A stretch of DNA of 64,000 bases from Malacoraja senta (Eukaryota), in NCBI GenBank assembly GCA_038087875.1, contig CM075989.1, positions 9,674,001 through 9,738,000 of the forward strand, read 5' to 3'. Numbering within the stretch: position 1 is the stretch's first letter; each line of letters begins with the position of its first letter. The notes under the pieces were generated by a model. That model ran no database searches. It was not told the origin of the DNA and saw nothing but the letters and a program-made list of their open reading frames with translations. Below, piece by piece: positions 25,162 through 37,455 of this stretch. Position numbers and translations under genes: made by a program.

Positions 25162-26857
25162 GATGCCGTTTGTTCACTAATGTTCTCTAACAAACCTCTG
25201 AGGCCTTCACAGAACAGCTGTATTTATACTGAGATTAGATTACACACAAGTGGACACTTTAGGTGACTTCTGAAGGCAATTTACTAATTAGGTGACTTCT
25301 GAAGGCAATTGGTTGCACTGGATTTTATTTAGGGGTATCAGAGTAAAGGGGGCTGAATACCTTTGCACGTGACACTTTTCAGTTTTTTATTTGTAAAAAA
25401 ATTTGAAAACCATGTATCATTTTCCTTCCACTTCACAATTATGCGCCACTTTGTGTTGGTCTATCACATAAAATCCCAATAAAATACATTTACGTTTGTG
25501 GTTGTAACGTGACAAAATGTGGAAAAGTTCAAGGGGTATGAATACTTTTGCAAGCCACTGTATAGGCAGATGAGATCAGTTTAACTTGGCATCATGTTCG
25601 GCTTGGTTCCTGAACTAGAGAATCTCTTAGTCGCATCTTCGTGCAATAATAAAAGCAAAATATACAGATGATGGAAACATGAAATAAAACTTGTAACTCC
25701 TCAAAGTAGCCAGCAGGTTAGGTAGCATGAAAAGTAAAATCTTGCATATCAAAGACCAATTGAACACCTTGTGTTTTAGACATATCATGCACAATTTCTC
25801 GCTGCCTGCAGTTGTGATTACATTGTTTTATACTTTTTGTAGCAAATGAGCAGACATTCAAATAAGTCATGACCAATAATTAGCCATTTACTTCTGATTC
25901 ATACGTATCTTCTGAGATCTGTTTTAGCAACTGTCTATTTAAATCAGTATTCATCAGAGAACTTTTAAAGCAAGGACATTGAGAAAAGCACTAATTTTCA
26001 ACATTCTAGTATACAAAGACCTATTAAGATACTTATCTGAACTTTAAATAAGTATCTGTCTTTTCTATGTCTAAACTTGCATTGCATTCAACATTTGGTT
26101 TGCTGCAGTGTGCATATGTAATCAGCTGTTTTCTTTCAACAATCTAATTAATGTCAGGGACAGAGACAGCTGTTATTAACCCATCCATACAATATGGGGA
26201 CCAGGGAGACCTGTTCTTTGTATCAACTTGGATCTATTCCTATCTTGAATTTGTAAGCAAGAAACTATTGCACTGTTTCATAATATTTTGTTTTTAATCT
26301 CTGGTGCATCCTTTCTTAAATAAAAATATAAATATAGGCTGTACAATAAAATTAAGGACAAATAATAATAACAACTTTTTATTGGAAAAAAATGTGACAA
26401 CATTATTTTTAAGATCCCCTGCTGTTGGGAGTTTCAATGGAGGAGAAACAGTGCCCACATATTTGTTCATGTAACCAGCTTGAGTGATTTAATCACAAAT
26501 ACAGGATACTACTCCTACAATGGTATTTCTTACTATAGGTTTGCAACCTTGCTCTTATATTTTAAAATGATTTTGGTGCCAATGTTTTACTTTGAAAACA
26601 AATTCTAATAACTTGTTTAGCCACTTCACAATGCGCTGAGAAGAGAAGACAGAATAAAGATATTGCATCTGTACATCCACGAACCAGTTGGATTTTGCAT
26701 CGATATGGTATATTTCATTACCACTTTTTATGGTGCAGCCTATAAATTTCCTGATTTATTTCATTGAATTGGCTATAGTGGAAATCCCACATAATCTTTG
26801 AATTACTAAAACCAATGTAATGAATGAATTAAAAGTAATGAATAGTTTTCACCTTAC

Positions 26858-26897
26858 CTTAACGGCTAATATTTTTCCACTTGGAACATGGTAAGCT
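26858..26897 (-). CDS. MAP2K5: MAP2K5 coding exon (40 nt, ~exon 9), catalytic lysine strand
   Basis: cacag|A GCT TAC...GTT AAG|gtaagg = (K)AYHVPSGKILAVK; phase 2 in, phase 0 out. Confidence 0.97.
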
Positions 26898-27039
26898 CTG
26901 TGTGAAATTCAAATAAATGCACTGATTAATCCAAAAATGAAACACGCAAGAAAAATAAATTACATAAAATAAATAGTACCAAGAAATGCCTTATTTAAAT
27001 ATGCACATTTACAGCAAAAATATATTTTTATATACAGCC

Positions 27040-27527
27040 AAAGGAGGTTTGCAGGAGTGATCCAAGGAATGAGTAGGTTAACATATGATGAGTGCTTGAC
27101 GGCATTGGGCCTCTACTTGCTGGAGTTTAGAAGGATGATGGGACCCTTCACTGAAACTTACCATATAGCGAAAGACCTGGATAGTGGATGGGGAGAGGAT
27201 GTTTCCACAAAATGGGAGAATCTAGGACCAGAGGTCATAGCCTCAGAATTAAAGGACGTTCCTTTAGGAAGATGAGGAGGAATTTCTTTAGTCAGAGGGT
27301 GGTGAATCTGTAGAATTCATTGCCATAGAAGGCTGTGGAGGACGTCAAGGGATATTTTTAATGCAGAGATAGATTCTTGATTAGTATGGGTGTCAGGGGT
27401 TATGGGGAGAAGGCAGGGGAATGGGATTGAGGAAAAGATGAATCAGCCATGATTGAATGGCGGAATAGACCTAACGGGCCGGATGGCCTAATTCTGTTCC
27501 TATCACGCATGAACCTATGAACTTATG
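27040..27527 (+). mobile_element. CR1 3' fragment
   Basis: IQGMSRLTYDECLTALGLYLLEFRRM plus 3'UTR. Confidence 0.8.
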
Positions 27528-27584
27528 AGATATCTCAATGGTGGTCAAACCAATGAACAAACATGGAAAAGAATGAAAATCAAA

Positions 27585-27845
27585 AATTGCAGAATGTGGA
27601 AATCTGAAAGAAAACAACAAAAAAAGAATGCTGGAAATACTTAAGTCAGGCAGCATCTGGGGAAAGAGAAACATTTAGGATTTTAGGTCCAGACTCTTAA
27701 TTGGAACTGAAACCCTTCTTGTTTTCTTCTCTGTTTTCTTCATTTACTGGTTCTGATGAAGAGTTTCAGACCTGAATTATTAACAGTTTCTCCTTCCACA
27801 CATGTTACCCGAGCTGCTGAGTAATTCCAGCATTTTCTGATTTTG
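27585..27845. mobile_element. Old inverted pair of Penelope-terminus fragments
   Basis: aaagaatgctggaaatact...ttggaact versus ggttctgatgaag...gagtaattccagcattttct. Confidence 0.55.
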
Positions 27846-28141
27846 GCTATGGCGGCTGGAAATAATTGTTCACAGAACCTGGGACAGGGTTTTATGATCT
27901 GGAAGGCTTCTGAATAGCATGAGCTTATTTGTCCCGATAAATGTTAATCCTGATGAATCTTCCAGACTTTTATAAGTAAGCTAATGTTTTGCCCTTCCAC
28001 TAATGGATCAACTATTACAGCAGGGAGTCGGAGAAAAAACATACATTTGCTGCAATAATGTTTGTTCCAGCTGAAGACAGAATGTGGCGGCTTACCCAAT
28101 TATTCCTATCAATAACGGGAGAATAGGAACTAGGGCCGAAA

Positions 28142-28290
28142 TGTGTGGGATGGAAGAACAGGAACCTGAGCGTGGGATGGAAGAACAAGAATTGGGGTCC
28201 CAGTGTGTGGGATGGGAGAACAGGAACAGGGGCACCAGTGTGTGGGATGGGAGAACAGGATCCAGTTCCCCTTAGAGTGGGACAGGAACG
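28142..28290. repeat. Minisatellite, ~29-36 bp units
   Basis: GTGGGATGG(A/G)AGAACA(G/A)GA repeated four times plus a partial copy. Confidence 0.8.
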
Positions 28291-28656
28291 TGGTAAACAT
28301 CACCTGGTGAACCAAATGGAAAACCACTGGGATTTCCAATGGTTACAGAGTGGATTATTGGAGTTCTACTGTCCTCACCATTAAAGGTCTATGGGCATGT
28401 GCTGCTGATGCACAGCTTTAAAAGACCTTAACAATGGGAAATCTTACCATTTAATTTGGATATATTCGCTTAAATATGGGCGTACATAAATATCATCTGC
28501 TATTACTTTAAGGAGTACATTGCTCTCTTCCTCCCACAACAAAATATATTCTCAGCTCTGATTGTTTCAATATTTCATCCTTAACTGCACAATTACATAT
28601 TAGATATAATTAAAGGGTAACAAGTCCTTATGCAGCCACTTTCAAGTAATAGTATT

Positions 28657-28997
28657 CAGGGATTGGACACGCTAGATGCAGGAAACATGTTCCCGATGTT
28701 GGGGGAGTCCAGACCCAAGGGCCACAGTTTAAGAATAAGGGGTAGGCCATTTAGAACTGAGATGAGGAAAAACTTTTTCACACAGAATTGTGAATTTGTG
28801 GAATTCTCTGCCACAGAAGGCAATGGAGGCCGATTCACTGGATGCATTTAAAAGAGAGTTAGATAGAGCTCCTAGGGCTAGCAGAAACAAGGGATATGGG
28901 GAGAAGGCAGGAACGGGGTACTGATTGTGGATAATCAGCCGTGATCACATTGAATGGCGGTGCTGGATCGAAGGGCCGAATGGCCTACTCCTGCACC
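28657..28997 (+). mobile_element. CR1 3' fragment
   Basis: GLDTLDAGNMFPMLGESRPKGHSLRIRGRPFRTEMRKNFF; same family as 52320-52650. Confidence 0.85.
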
Positions 28998-29079
28998 ATG
29001 TATCTATGTAATTACAAGCATCACAATATATATGTTGATCGAGTTAAATAACTACCCTCTGCTATTTAACTTGGTTTTA

Positions 29080-29361
29080 GGGCGGCACGGCCGCCCAGCA
29101 GGAGAGCTGCTGCCTTGCAACGCCAGAGACCCAGGTTCGATCCTGTCTGTATGGAGTTTGTACGCTCTCCCCGTGACCGTGTGGGTTTTCCCCAGGTGCT
29201 CCGGTTTCCTCCCACACTCCAAGGACGTACAGGTTCGTAGGTTAATTGGTTTGGTAAAGATTGTAAATTGTCCCTTGTGTGTATGATTGTGTTAATGTAA
29301 GGGTGCAGACTCAGTGGGCTGAAGGGCCTGTTTCCGCACTGTATCTCTAAACTAAACTAAA
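29080..29361 (+). mobile_element. tRNA-derived SINE (HE1/V-SINE-like)
   Basis: GGGCGGCACGG head, B box GGTTCGATCC, CR1-like tail ending (CTAAA)3. Confidence 0.85.
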
Positions 29362-30973
29362 CACGTTATAATGGATATCCATGTAACATAAAAGTCCCAT
29401 TGGACAAAATTAGTGTCCTTGTCTGACATTGTCGCTAGCACTTTCTGGAGAAACATAACTGCTGTTTTAAAAACTTAATGTGAGTATGTAATTATATGAA
29501 GTTATAGAAATACAAGAAAACATAATGCATGTGGATATGGATGATGGCGGCAGGATTGATCCTTTATAATGAATTACAAAAATAAGGCATGGCAATAAAT
29601 CATAAACATTACACACATATATATGTACTGTGCATTCAGAAAGTATTCAGACCCCTTCACTTTTTCCACATTTTGTTACGTTACAGCCTTATTTTAAAAT
29701 TGATTACATTCATTTTTTTAATCATCAATCTACACACAATACCCCAGAATGAAGAAGCGAAAACAGGTGTTTAGAAATGTTTGCAAAGTAATTAAAAAGA
29801 AATAACGAAATATCACATTTACATAAGTATTCAGACGCTTTGCTATGACACTCAAAATTGATCTAAGGTTCATCCTATTTCTATTGATTATCCTTGAGAT
29901 GTTTCTACAACTTGATTGGAGTCCACCAGTGGTAAATTAAATTGATTGGACATGATTTGGAAAGGCACACACCTGTCTATATAAGGTCCCACAGTTGACA
30001 GTGCATGTCAGAGCAAAAACCAAGCCATGAAGACGAAGGAATTGTCCGTAGACCTCCGAGACAGGATTGTGTCACGACACAGATCTGGGGAAGGGTATAA
30101 AACAATTCCTGCAGCATTGCAGACCCTGAAGAGCACAGTGGCCTCCGTCCTTCTTAAATGGAAGAACTTTGGAATCACCAGGACTCTTCATAGAGCTGGC
30201 CACCCGGCCAAACTGAGCAACTGAGAAGGGCCTTGGTCAGGGAGGTGACCAAGAACCCGATGGTCACTCTGACAGAGCTCCAGAGTTCCTCTGTGGAGAT
30301 GGGAGAACCTTCCAGAAGGACAACCATATCTGCAGCACTCCACCAATCAAGCCTTTATGGTAGAGTTGCCAGACGGAAGCCACTCCTCAGTAAAAGGCAC
30401 ATGATAGCCCACTTGGAGTTTGGCAAAAGGCACCTAAAGGACTCAGACCATTAGAAACAAGATTTCTGGTCTGATGAAACCAAGATTGAACTCTTTAGCC
30501 TGAATGCCAAGCGTCACGTCTGGAGGAAACCAGGCATCGCTCATCACGGTGAAGCATAGCAGTGGCAGCATCATGCTGTGGGGATGTTTTTCAGCGGCAG
30601 GAACTGGGAGACTAGTCAGGATCTAGCGAAAGATGAACAGAGCAAAGTACAGAGATCCTTGATGAAAACCTGCTCCAGAGCGGTTCTGGACCTCTGGTTC
30701 AATTTCCAACAGGACAACGACCCTAAGCACACAGCCAAGACAATGCAGGAGTGGCTTCGTGACAAGTTTGTGAATGTCCTTGAGTGGTCCAGCCAGAGTC
30801 CAGACTTGAAACCGATCGAACATCTCTTGGAGGGACCTGAAAATAGCTGTGCATCGATGCTCCCCATCCAACCTGACAGAGCTTGAGAGGATCTGCAGAG
30901 AAGAATGGGAGAAATTACCCAAATACAGGTGTGCCCAGCTTGTAGCATGATACCCAAGAAGACTTGAGGTTGT

Positions 30974-33238
30974 GTTAAAGAAGGAACTGCATATGCTGGA
31001 AAATCGAAGGTACACAAAAATGCTGGAGAAACTCAGCAGGTGCAGCAGTATCTATGGAGCGAAGGAAATAGGCAACGTTTCGGGCCGAAACCTTTCTTCA
31101 GACTGATAGGGGGTGGGGAGAAGAAAGGAAAAAAGGAAAAAGGCGGAGGAGGAGCCCGAGGGCTGGGGGAGGGGAGGAGACAACCAAAGGGCTGATGAAG
31201 GGGAGGGGACAGCAAGGGCTAGCAGAATTGGGAGAATTCAATGTTCAAGCCCCCAGGATGTAGACTGCCCAAGCGGAATATGAGGTGCATTTCCTCCAAT
31301 TTACGGTGTTGCTCGCTGTGGCCATGGAGGAGACCCAGGACAGAGAGGTCAGATACGGAATGGGAGAGGGAGTTGAAGTGCTGAGCCACCGGGAGGTCAA
31401 GTTGGTTATTGCGGACCGACCGGAGGTGTTCAGCGAAACGATCGCCAAGCCTCCGCTTGGTCTCACCGATGTAGATCAGCTGGCATCTAGAGTAGCGGAT
31501 GCAATAGATGAGGTTGGAGGAGATGCAGGTGAACCTCTGTCGCACCTGGAATGACTGCTTGGGTCCTTGAATGGAGTCGAGGGGGGAGGTGAAGGGACAA
31601 GTGTTGCATCTCTTGCGGTTGCAAGGGAAAGTACCAGGGGAGGGGATGGTATGGGAGGGAAGGGAAGAATTGACAAGGGAGTTACGGAGGGAGCGGTCTT
31701 TGCGGAAGGCAGACATGGGGGGAGATGGGAAGATGTGGCGAGTGGTGGGGGCACGTTGGAGGTGGCGAAACTTACGGAGGATCACTTGTTGTCTGTGACG
31801 GCTGGTGGGGTGAAAGGTGAGGACTAGGGGGACTCTGCCCTTGTTGTGAGTGGGGGGATGGGGAGAGGGAGCAGTGTTGCGGGGTATGGCAGAGATCCTG
31901 GTGCGAGCCTCATCTATGGTGGAGGGGAACCCCCGTTCCCTGAAGAATGAGGACATTTCAGATGCCCTGGTGTGGAACGCCTCATCCTGGGAGCAGATGC
32001 GGCGTAGATGGAGGAATTGGGAGTGGGGGATGGAGTCCTTACAGGAAGCAGGGTGGGAAGAAGTGTAGTCCAGATAGCCATGGGAGTCGGTGGGTTTGTA
32101 GTGGATGTCGGTAAGGAGTCTATCACCTTCGATGGAGATAGTGAGGTCAAGGAATGGTAGGGAAGTGTCGGAAATGGTCCAGGTGTATTTGAGTGCCGGA
32201 TGGAAGTTCGTGGTGAAGCGGATGAAGTCAGTCAGTTGTGTGTGGGTGCAGGATGTGGCACCAAAACAATCATCGATGTAGCGGAGGTAGAGGTCGGGGA
32301 TGGGGCCCTGGTACGCATTGAACAAGGATTGTTCTACGTACCCGACAAAGAGGCAGGCGTAGCTGGGGCCCATGCGTGTGCCCATAGCTACGCCTTGTAT
32401 TTGGAGGAAATGGGAGGAGTCAAATGAAAAGTTATTAAGTGTAAGGACCAGCGGAGGAGGGTGTCAGTGGCCGGGTATAGGTTGCTTCTACGGTCGAGGA
32501 AAAAACAGAGGGCTTCGAGACCATCCTGGTGGGGGATGGAGGTGTACAATGACTGGACGTCCATGGTGAAGATGAGGGGGTGAGGGCCTAGAGAGTGGAA
32601 TGCGCGGAGACGACGGAGAGTGTCTGAGGTGTCTTGAACATAGGTGGGGAGGGATTTAACCAAGGGGGATAGGATGGAGTCGAGGTAGGTGGAGATGAGT
32701 TCGGTGGGGCACGAACAGGCAGAGACAATGGGTCTACCGGGACAGTCAGGTTTGTGGATTTTGGGGAGAAGGTAAAAGCGGGCTGTGCGGGGCTGGGGAA
32801 CGATGAGGTTGGAGGCTCGGTCGGGCAGGGCGTGGGAGTGGATGAAGTCGGTGATGGTGCTGGAGATGGTGGCCTGGTGCTCGTCAGTGGGGTCATGGTC
32901 CAGGGGTAAGTAGGAGGTGTCCGAGAGTTGGCGCGTGGCCTCAGCTTTGTAGAGATCGACGCGCCAGACTACCACGGCACCTCCCTTGTCGGCGGGTTTG
33001 ATAACCCAATCTAGGTTATTGCGGAGTGAGTCGATGGCAGTGCGTTCAGGGGGGGAGAGATTGGAGTGAGACAGGGGAGTGGAGAAGTTGAGGCGGTTGA
33101 TGTCACGGCGGCAGTTTTGAATGAAGAGTTCTAAAGCTGGAAGGCTACGAGGGGGGTTCCATGAGGAGGGGGTGCGTTGGAGACGGGAAAAGGGGTCATC
33201 AGTGGGGAGCGAGGACTCCTTCCCATGGAAGTGAGCTG
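30974..33238 (-). mobile_element. 5'-truncated Penelope-like retroelement (Neptune-like)
   Basis: 9-bp TSD TGAGGTTGT (30965-30973, 33239-33247); RT and GIY-YIG ORF; hammerhead-like core at 31074-31101. Confidence 0.92.
31219..33230 (-). pseudogene. Penelope RT-GIY-YIG polyprotein, one frameshift near 32450, N-terminus missing
   Basis: IKPADKGG, FYLLPKIHK, GRPIVS, TMDVQSLYTSI, MGTRMGP, YLRYIDD, Cys linker CNRKRCNTC, LIYCIRYSRCQLIYIGETKRRLGDRFAEH. Confidence 0.92.
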
Positions 33239-34991
33239 TGAGGTTGTAATTGCTGCCAAAGGTGCCTCAATAAAGTACTGAGTAAAGGGTCTGAATACTT
33301 ATGTAAATATGATATTTCAGTTATTTATTTTTAATTACTTTGTAAAAAATTCTAAACACTGGTTTTCGCATTTTTATTATGGGGTATTGTGTGAAGATTG
33401 ATGATTAAAAATGAATTTAATCCATTTTAGAATAAGGCTGTAATGTAACAAAATGTGGAAAAAGTGAAGGGGTTTGAATACTTTCTGAATGCACTGTAGT
33501 TACACCATCAACTGAAAAAACAACCAGAACAAAAGCAAATTATGTTAATACTTTTTTCAACAGATAGCACCAAGTGGGTGGGAGACTCAGGCTATGTATT
33601 TGATTACCTTGTATATCACAGAGCCATTAGTCTTACTCCTGAAAAAATTAAACCCACTAAAGACTAATGATGAACTTTAAAACTTAATGCATAATCATAA
33701 AAAGTTTTCCAATGGTGTGACACTTAAACCACCACATAGAAATTGCAAAAATAAAAGTTTCATAATGCCTCAAATCTCCCTTGACCTATAAAAAATAACC
33801 AGTGACATTTCTAGATTCCATATAGCATTCTTCTGGGCAAAGGCCACTTCGGGACAAGTCCCAAATTAAAGCCATGTTGCCAGAGTTGTCGAAACATGGC
33901 CTTATAATATCCTTCTGAAACACAACTTTCTCTCCCCACAGCCAATTTATTATTTTGTAAGCATGTAAGGCGACTTGTAGTCCACCATGTTATTCAAAGT
34001 CCCTACAAAGTATTCTGGTTGAACTATATTCATTGTGACCCCAGATGGCACAGGTAAATGGGCAGTTTCACTGCTCCTAACTGGCACTGCAATTTCAGAA
34101 GTAATCTCCTGGAGAAATTAAGAACCTTCCAAGGTATTTTTCCCATTCTGGTATATTTTCAATCCTGAAACATAAGTGTGAATGAACAGTTTCCTTACCC
34201 ATGATGCCAGCTTCAAAGAAATCAGACTATTTTAAAGAATGGTCAAATTGGTATAAATCCTTACTCAATTAAAGAACAGGATCCCTATGTACCATATCTA
34301 TTCACTTCTATTATAGCGAACTGATCAGGCTGTTTTATGTCATAACCCACTTACTGAATTCCCCAAACACCAAACCACTTCCTATTCCCCTAATAAAGCC
34401 CATTTGAGGTCATAAATGTTTCTAGAGCCTATTTATACTAGGGCCTGCAGCTGTTCTGCTTCAAATTGCTCCAGGTCCTGGCCAGATTAACTTTAAAGGG
34501 TCATAATATAAAACATGCTGATGACAAAGCATTCTGCAGTATTCATACCATTTCTACTTCAGGTCCACTTGTCGGTTTACACTGGGGATACTAATCTTAA
34601 AACAGCTTTGCCTTAGATGAGAGGGGTGAATTTTAATACCAGATTTATATCCATGCAGTTTAATTCTGATTAAATTTAGGACAGATTTATACCAATACAA
34701 AGTCTCCAGTGTAAATGGAGACTCTAGGTTAAATCACCTCAATTTGCTCGTTTAACATATAAAAGCATCTAAAAGCTTTTAACACCTAGTATAGGTGTGA
34801 AATTCCCCATCTATCTTTTAGCATATTAGCTTTGAACAGATATGACCAGTGAACTAAATCATTTAATTCCACCAAATGTCTTCAGCAATATTTCCATAAC
34901 CTTATCTTTACCTTTCCATCATTAAGTTTCTTACATTTATATTTTCTGGTTTATACTTTCCTGATGCTGAAAAAAATGTTGACTTAAACCT

Positions 34992-35020
34992 GAAGGTAGA
35001 CACAAAATGCTGGAGTAACT
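34992..35020 (-). mobile_element. 29-bp Penelope-terminus micro-insertion
   Basis: gaaggtagacacaaaatgctggagtaact between 13-bp direct repeats TTGACTTAAACCT (34979-34991, 35021-35033). Confidence 0.8.
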
Positions 35021-35544
35021 TTGACTTAAACCTTTTCCCTCCACAGATACAGCCGAGTTCTTCCAGCATTCTTCCTTATTGTTACAGATTCCGGAATCTG
35101 CCATCTCTTTTTGTTATATTTTTTCCGCTTCATTTTCAATTAAACATGCAAAATAGACCTTTCTGACTTTAAAAAATCTGAATCTAACCAGACTCAGCAA
35201 GCGACTGCAACATTCTTCTACAACTCTAATGTTCACGTTCTACTTTGTCACCTCTAACTTTTTATTATTCAATTGCTTGTCCATTTATCTTATACACAAA
35301 TATATCAAACTTGCACAATGTCCAAAATAAAATTCCACTAATTTCCCACAGTCAGTATTTATCCCCCAAACCTGCCAGGTATCTTACTCTACTTCTGTCC
35401 TCTCATCATCTTCTTTTATTAGACCTCGGCATTAAGAATGACTTATCTTCACCGTGCTGTTGTTGGGTCCCATGTTGCTAATGAGGGCATTTTGGGAATC
35501 AAAGTGAGAATCCACAGGAAATGTCAGTCAGTTAGACATTGACG

Positions 35545-35629
35545 TAGGGGAGTCCAGTCGGCGGTTTTTCAGCGACCTGCTACGACTATGACAAACTCCG
35601 AAAAAAATCGCCTGAGTGGGACAGGCCCA
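35545..35629. mobile_element. Harbinger-type MITE end fragment
   Basis: aaaaatcgcctgagtgggacaggccca|tta matches 7529-7558. Confidence 0.7.
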
Positions 35630-35818
35630 TTAATCACAGCAATTGCATCTGATTCCACCACCTCTGGCAGCATTTTCCAGATATCAAACGCTCTTTAAAA
35701 AAATGTTCCCCTTAGATTCCCTTTAAATCTCTTTCTTCTCCACCTTAAACCATGCTCTCTTGTTTTTGATATCCCTTCGAAAGATTGACTATTCACCCTA
35801 TGCTATACCTGGGGCCTA

Positions 35819-36110
35819 TGGGCGACACGTTGGAGCAGTAGTAGAGTTGCTGCCTTACAGCACCAGGGAGCAGGGTTCGATCCTAACTATGGGTGCTCTC
35901 TGTATGGAGTTTGTACATTTTTCCCAGGACCCCGTAGGTTTGTTCCGGGAGCAGACACAAAATGCTGGAGTAACTCAGCGGGAATTCTGGGAGCTTGGCT
36001 TCTCTGAATTGTCAATGAGTGTGTAAGATAGTGCTAGTGTACGGGGTGATTGCTGGTCGACACGGACTTGGTGGGTCGAAGGACCTGTTTCCACGCTGTA
36101 TTTCTAAAGT
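35819..36110 (+). mobile_element. tRNA-derived SINE containing a 32-bp Penelope-terminus insertion (35953-35984)
   Basis: B box GGGTTCGATCC; insert flanked by TTCCGGGAGC / TTCTGGGAGC. Confidence 0.8.
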
Positions 36111-37425
36111 CGATGCCTAGTGTTTATTATGGCCAGTAAGGAAACCTTCCAGACTTCTGGTTAACACAATTTTTTCAATCACCACCAGCAAAAAAAAGTA
36201 AATGCTTATTTTTCACACTGTCATTTGTGGATGCTGTCATTGTAAAACATGAATATTATACATATTCTCCCCAATAATATTGGTGAATGGTTATTGCAAT
36301 TTATTGTACTCTTCTGAATATTTGCGATATGACGTTGCAAAGTTAGTTTTCTTAATAATAAATATTGTGTATTGGTAGAACTTGCTGGACTACACGGGGT
36401 TCAACAGAGGTCACAATGAGATTATCTGGGCTCACACATTAAAATCTTATTCACATTGTCATTCTTAGGACAGTCTGTATTCCATACCTCATTTGTTGTA
36501 GAAAAAGTAATGGAAACATACAGAAAGCAAAATATGTATCTACATTTTTAATAACATATGTTAAATGAGTGTTTCATACTATATTTTATTTTCATAGGTG
36601 CTGCAGTTCCATTTATCCATGATTATCCTTTTAAATAAATTGGCAAGGGATAATATACATATACAGCTTTTTTCATGCTTAAAAGTTTTGAACATCAATA
36701 ACATAAATAAGAAATTGCATCCTATTCTGTAAGTAAAGATAAACCTACAGTAAGTAAGAAGTCATTACCAGCAGATCACTAGAAGATAAGTAAATGCTCT
36801 GAACTTGTATACTTCATTCTGGCAGTTTTAAATGCTCTTCCAATGTATGATCTCAACAGGTTAATTAGTATGTCAGTTACTTGACAAGAAAGATGATCTT
36901 CCTGAAATAACAATGGGTTACTGTTACTAACTGAACAATATCAGAATACTTGATGATTTAATTATGATGCACATTAATTCATCCATGAAGACTTGGTTTG
37001 AGTTTCCAATAAAGGTACTGGCTTGCTCTGCATTTATAAAGCATTGTCTTCCAGTTTACCATGTCAAATTAGTAATTAATTCTCATTTGCAGAGATACAT
37101 CACAAACTTGTCCAAGGATGAGCGCACTCACACTTTCTTCAGCCATATGTGAGACTTGCTGAAATAGAAGTAATTCTCCTCCTCCATACTGATCTCGGGT
37201 GCTCAATTGTCTGCACTATCAACACATTTCAGCACTTTGGCTACAAAGTGATTAATGTATTTTTGTACAAAGGTATGATTCCACTGGAATATAATCTTAC
37301 ACTGGTGTTGGGTTAATTAATAAGTTGGAATTAGTGAGAAGCTATACTAACGTTTTCTCTTAATGATGAACTCCATACTTACCCACCCAATAATATTATC
37401 TGGAGATGGCTAGGAACTTACTTAC

Positions 37426-37455
37426 CTTCTAGCCGCAAATACGGGAAACGAGAAT
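37426..37455 (-). other. Candidate 30-nt in-frame alternative microexon of MAP2K5
   Basis: tgctatgcctttcag|ATTCTCGTTTCCCGTATTTGCGGCTAGAAG|gtaagt; consensus donor, frame-preserving and stop-free in the phase-2 intron. No transcript evidence. Confidence 0.3.

Larger units (their letters stand above)
23737..25560 (-). mobile_element. Tc1-family transposon A (IR/DR type)
   Basis: TA|CAGTGGCTTGCAAAAG ... CTTTTGCAAGCCACTG|TA; inner repeat GAATACCTTTGCA near 25355; contains a gap and a nested insert. Confidence 0.93.
23390..25610 (+). mobile_element. CR1 3' fragment (23390-23736 + 25561-25610) interrupted by a Tc1 element
   Basis: ORF MLPGLEGFSYREKLDRLELFSLERRGLRGDMIEV; tail resumes as taggcagatgagatcagtttaacttggc. 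Confidence 0.8.
30027..33280 (+). pseudogene. Degenerate DD34E transposase (30027-30973, last codons after 33247)
   Basis: MKTKELSVDLRDRIVSRHRSGEGYK..., [17 protein letters not shown]...[10 protein letters not shown] (34 residues between D and E); stops and frameshifts. Confidence 0.9.
29628..33496 (+). mobile_element. Tc1-family transposon B (IR/DR type) carrying a nested Penelope element
   Basis: TA|CTGTGCATTCAGAAAGTATTCA ... TGAATACTTTCTGAATGCACTG|TA; ~210-bp TIRs with inner AAGTATTCAGAC repeat. Confidence 0.93.

Noticed and set aside
28142..28290. Repeat array superficially like CRISPR
   Set aside because: Eukaryotic intron; the intervening sequences are very short and related; no cas genes.
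29080..29145. tRNA-like A/B boxes (also 44413 and 54274)
   Set aside because: SINE heads followed by SINE body and tail, not complete cloverleafs.
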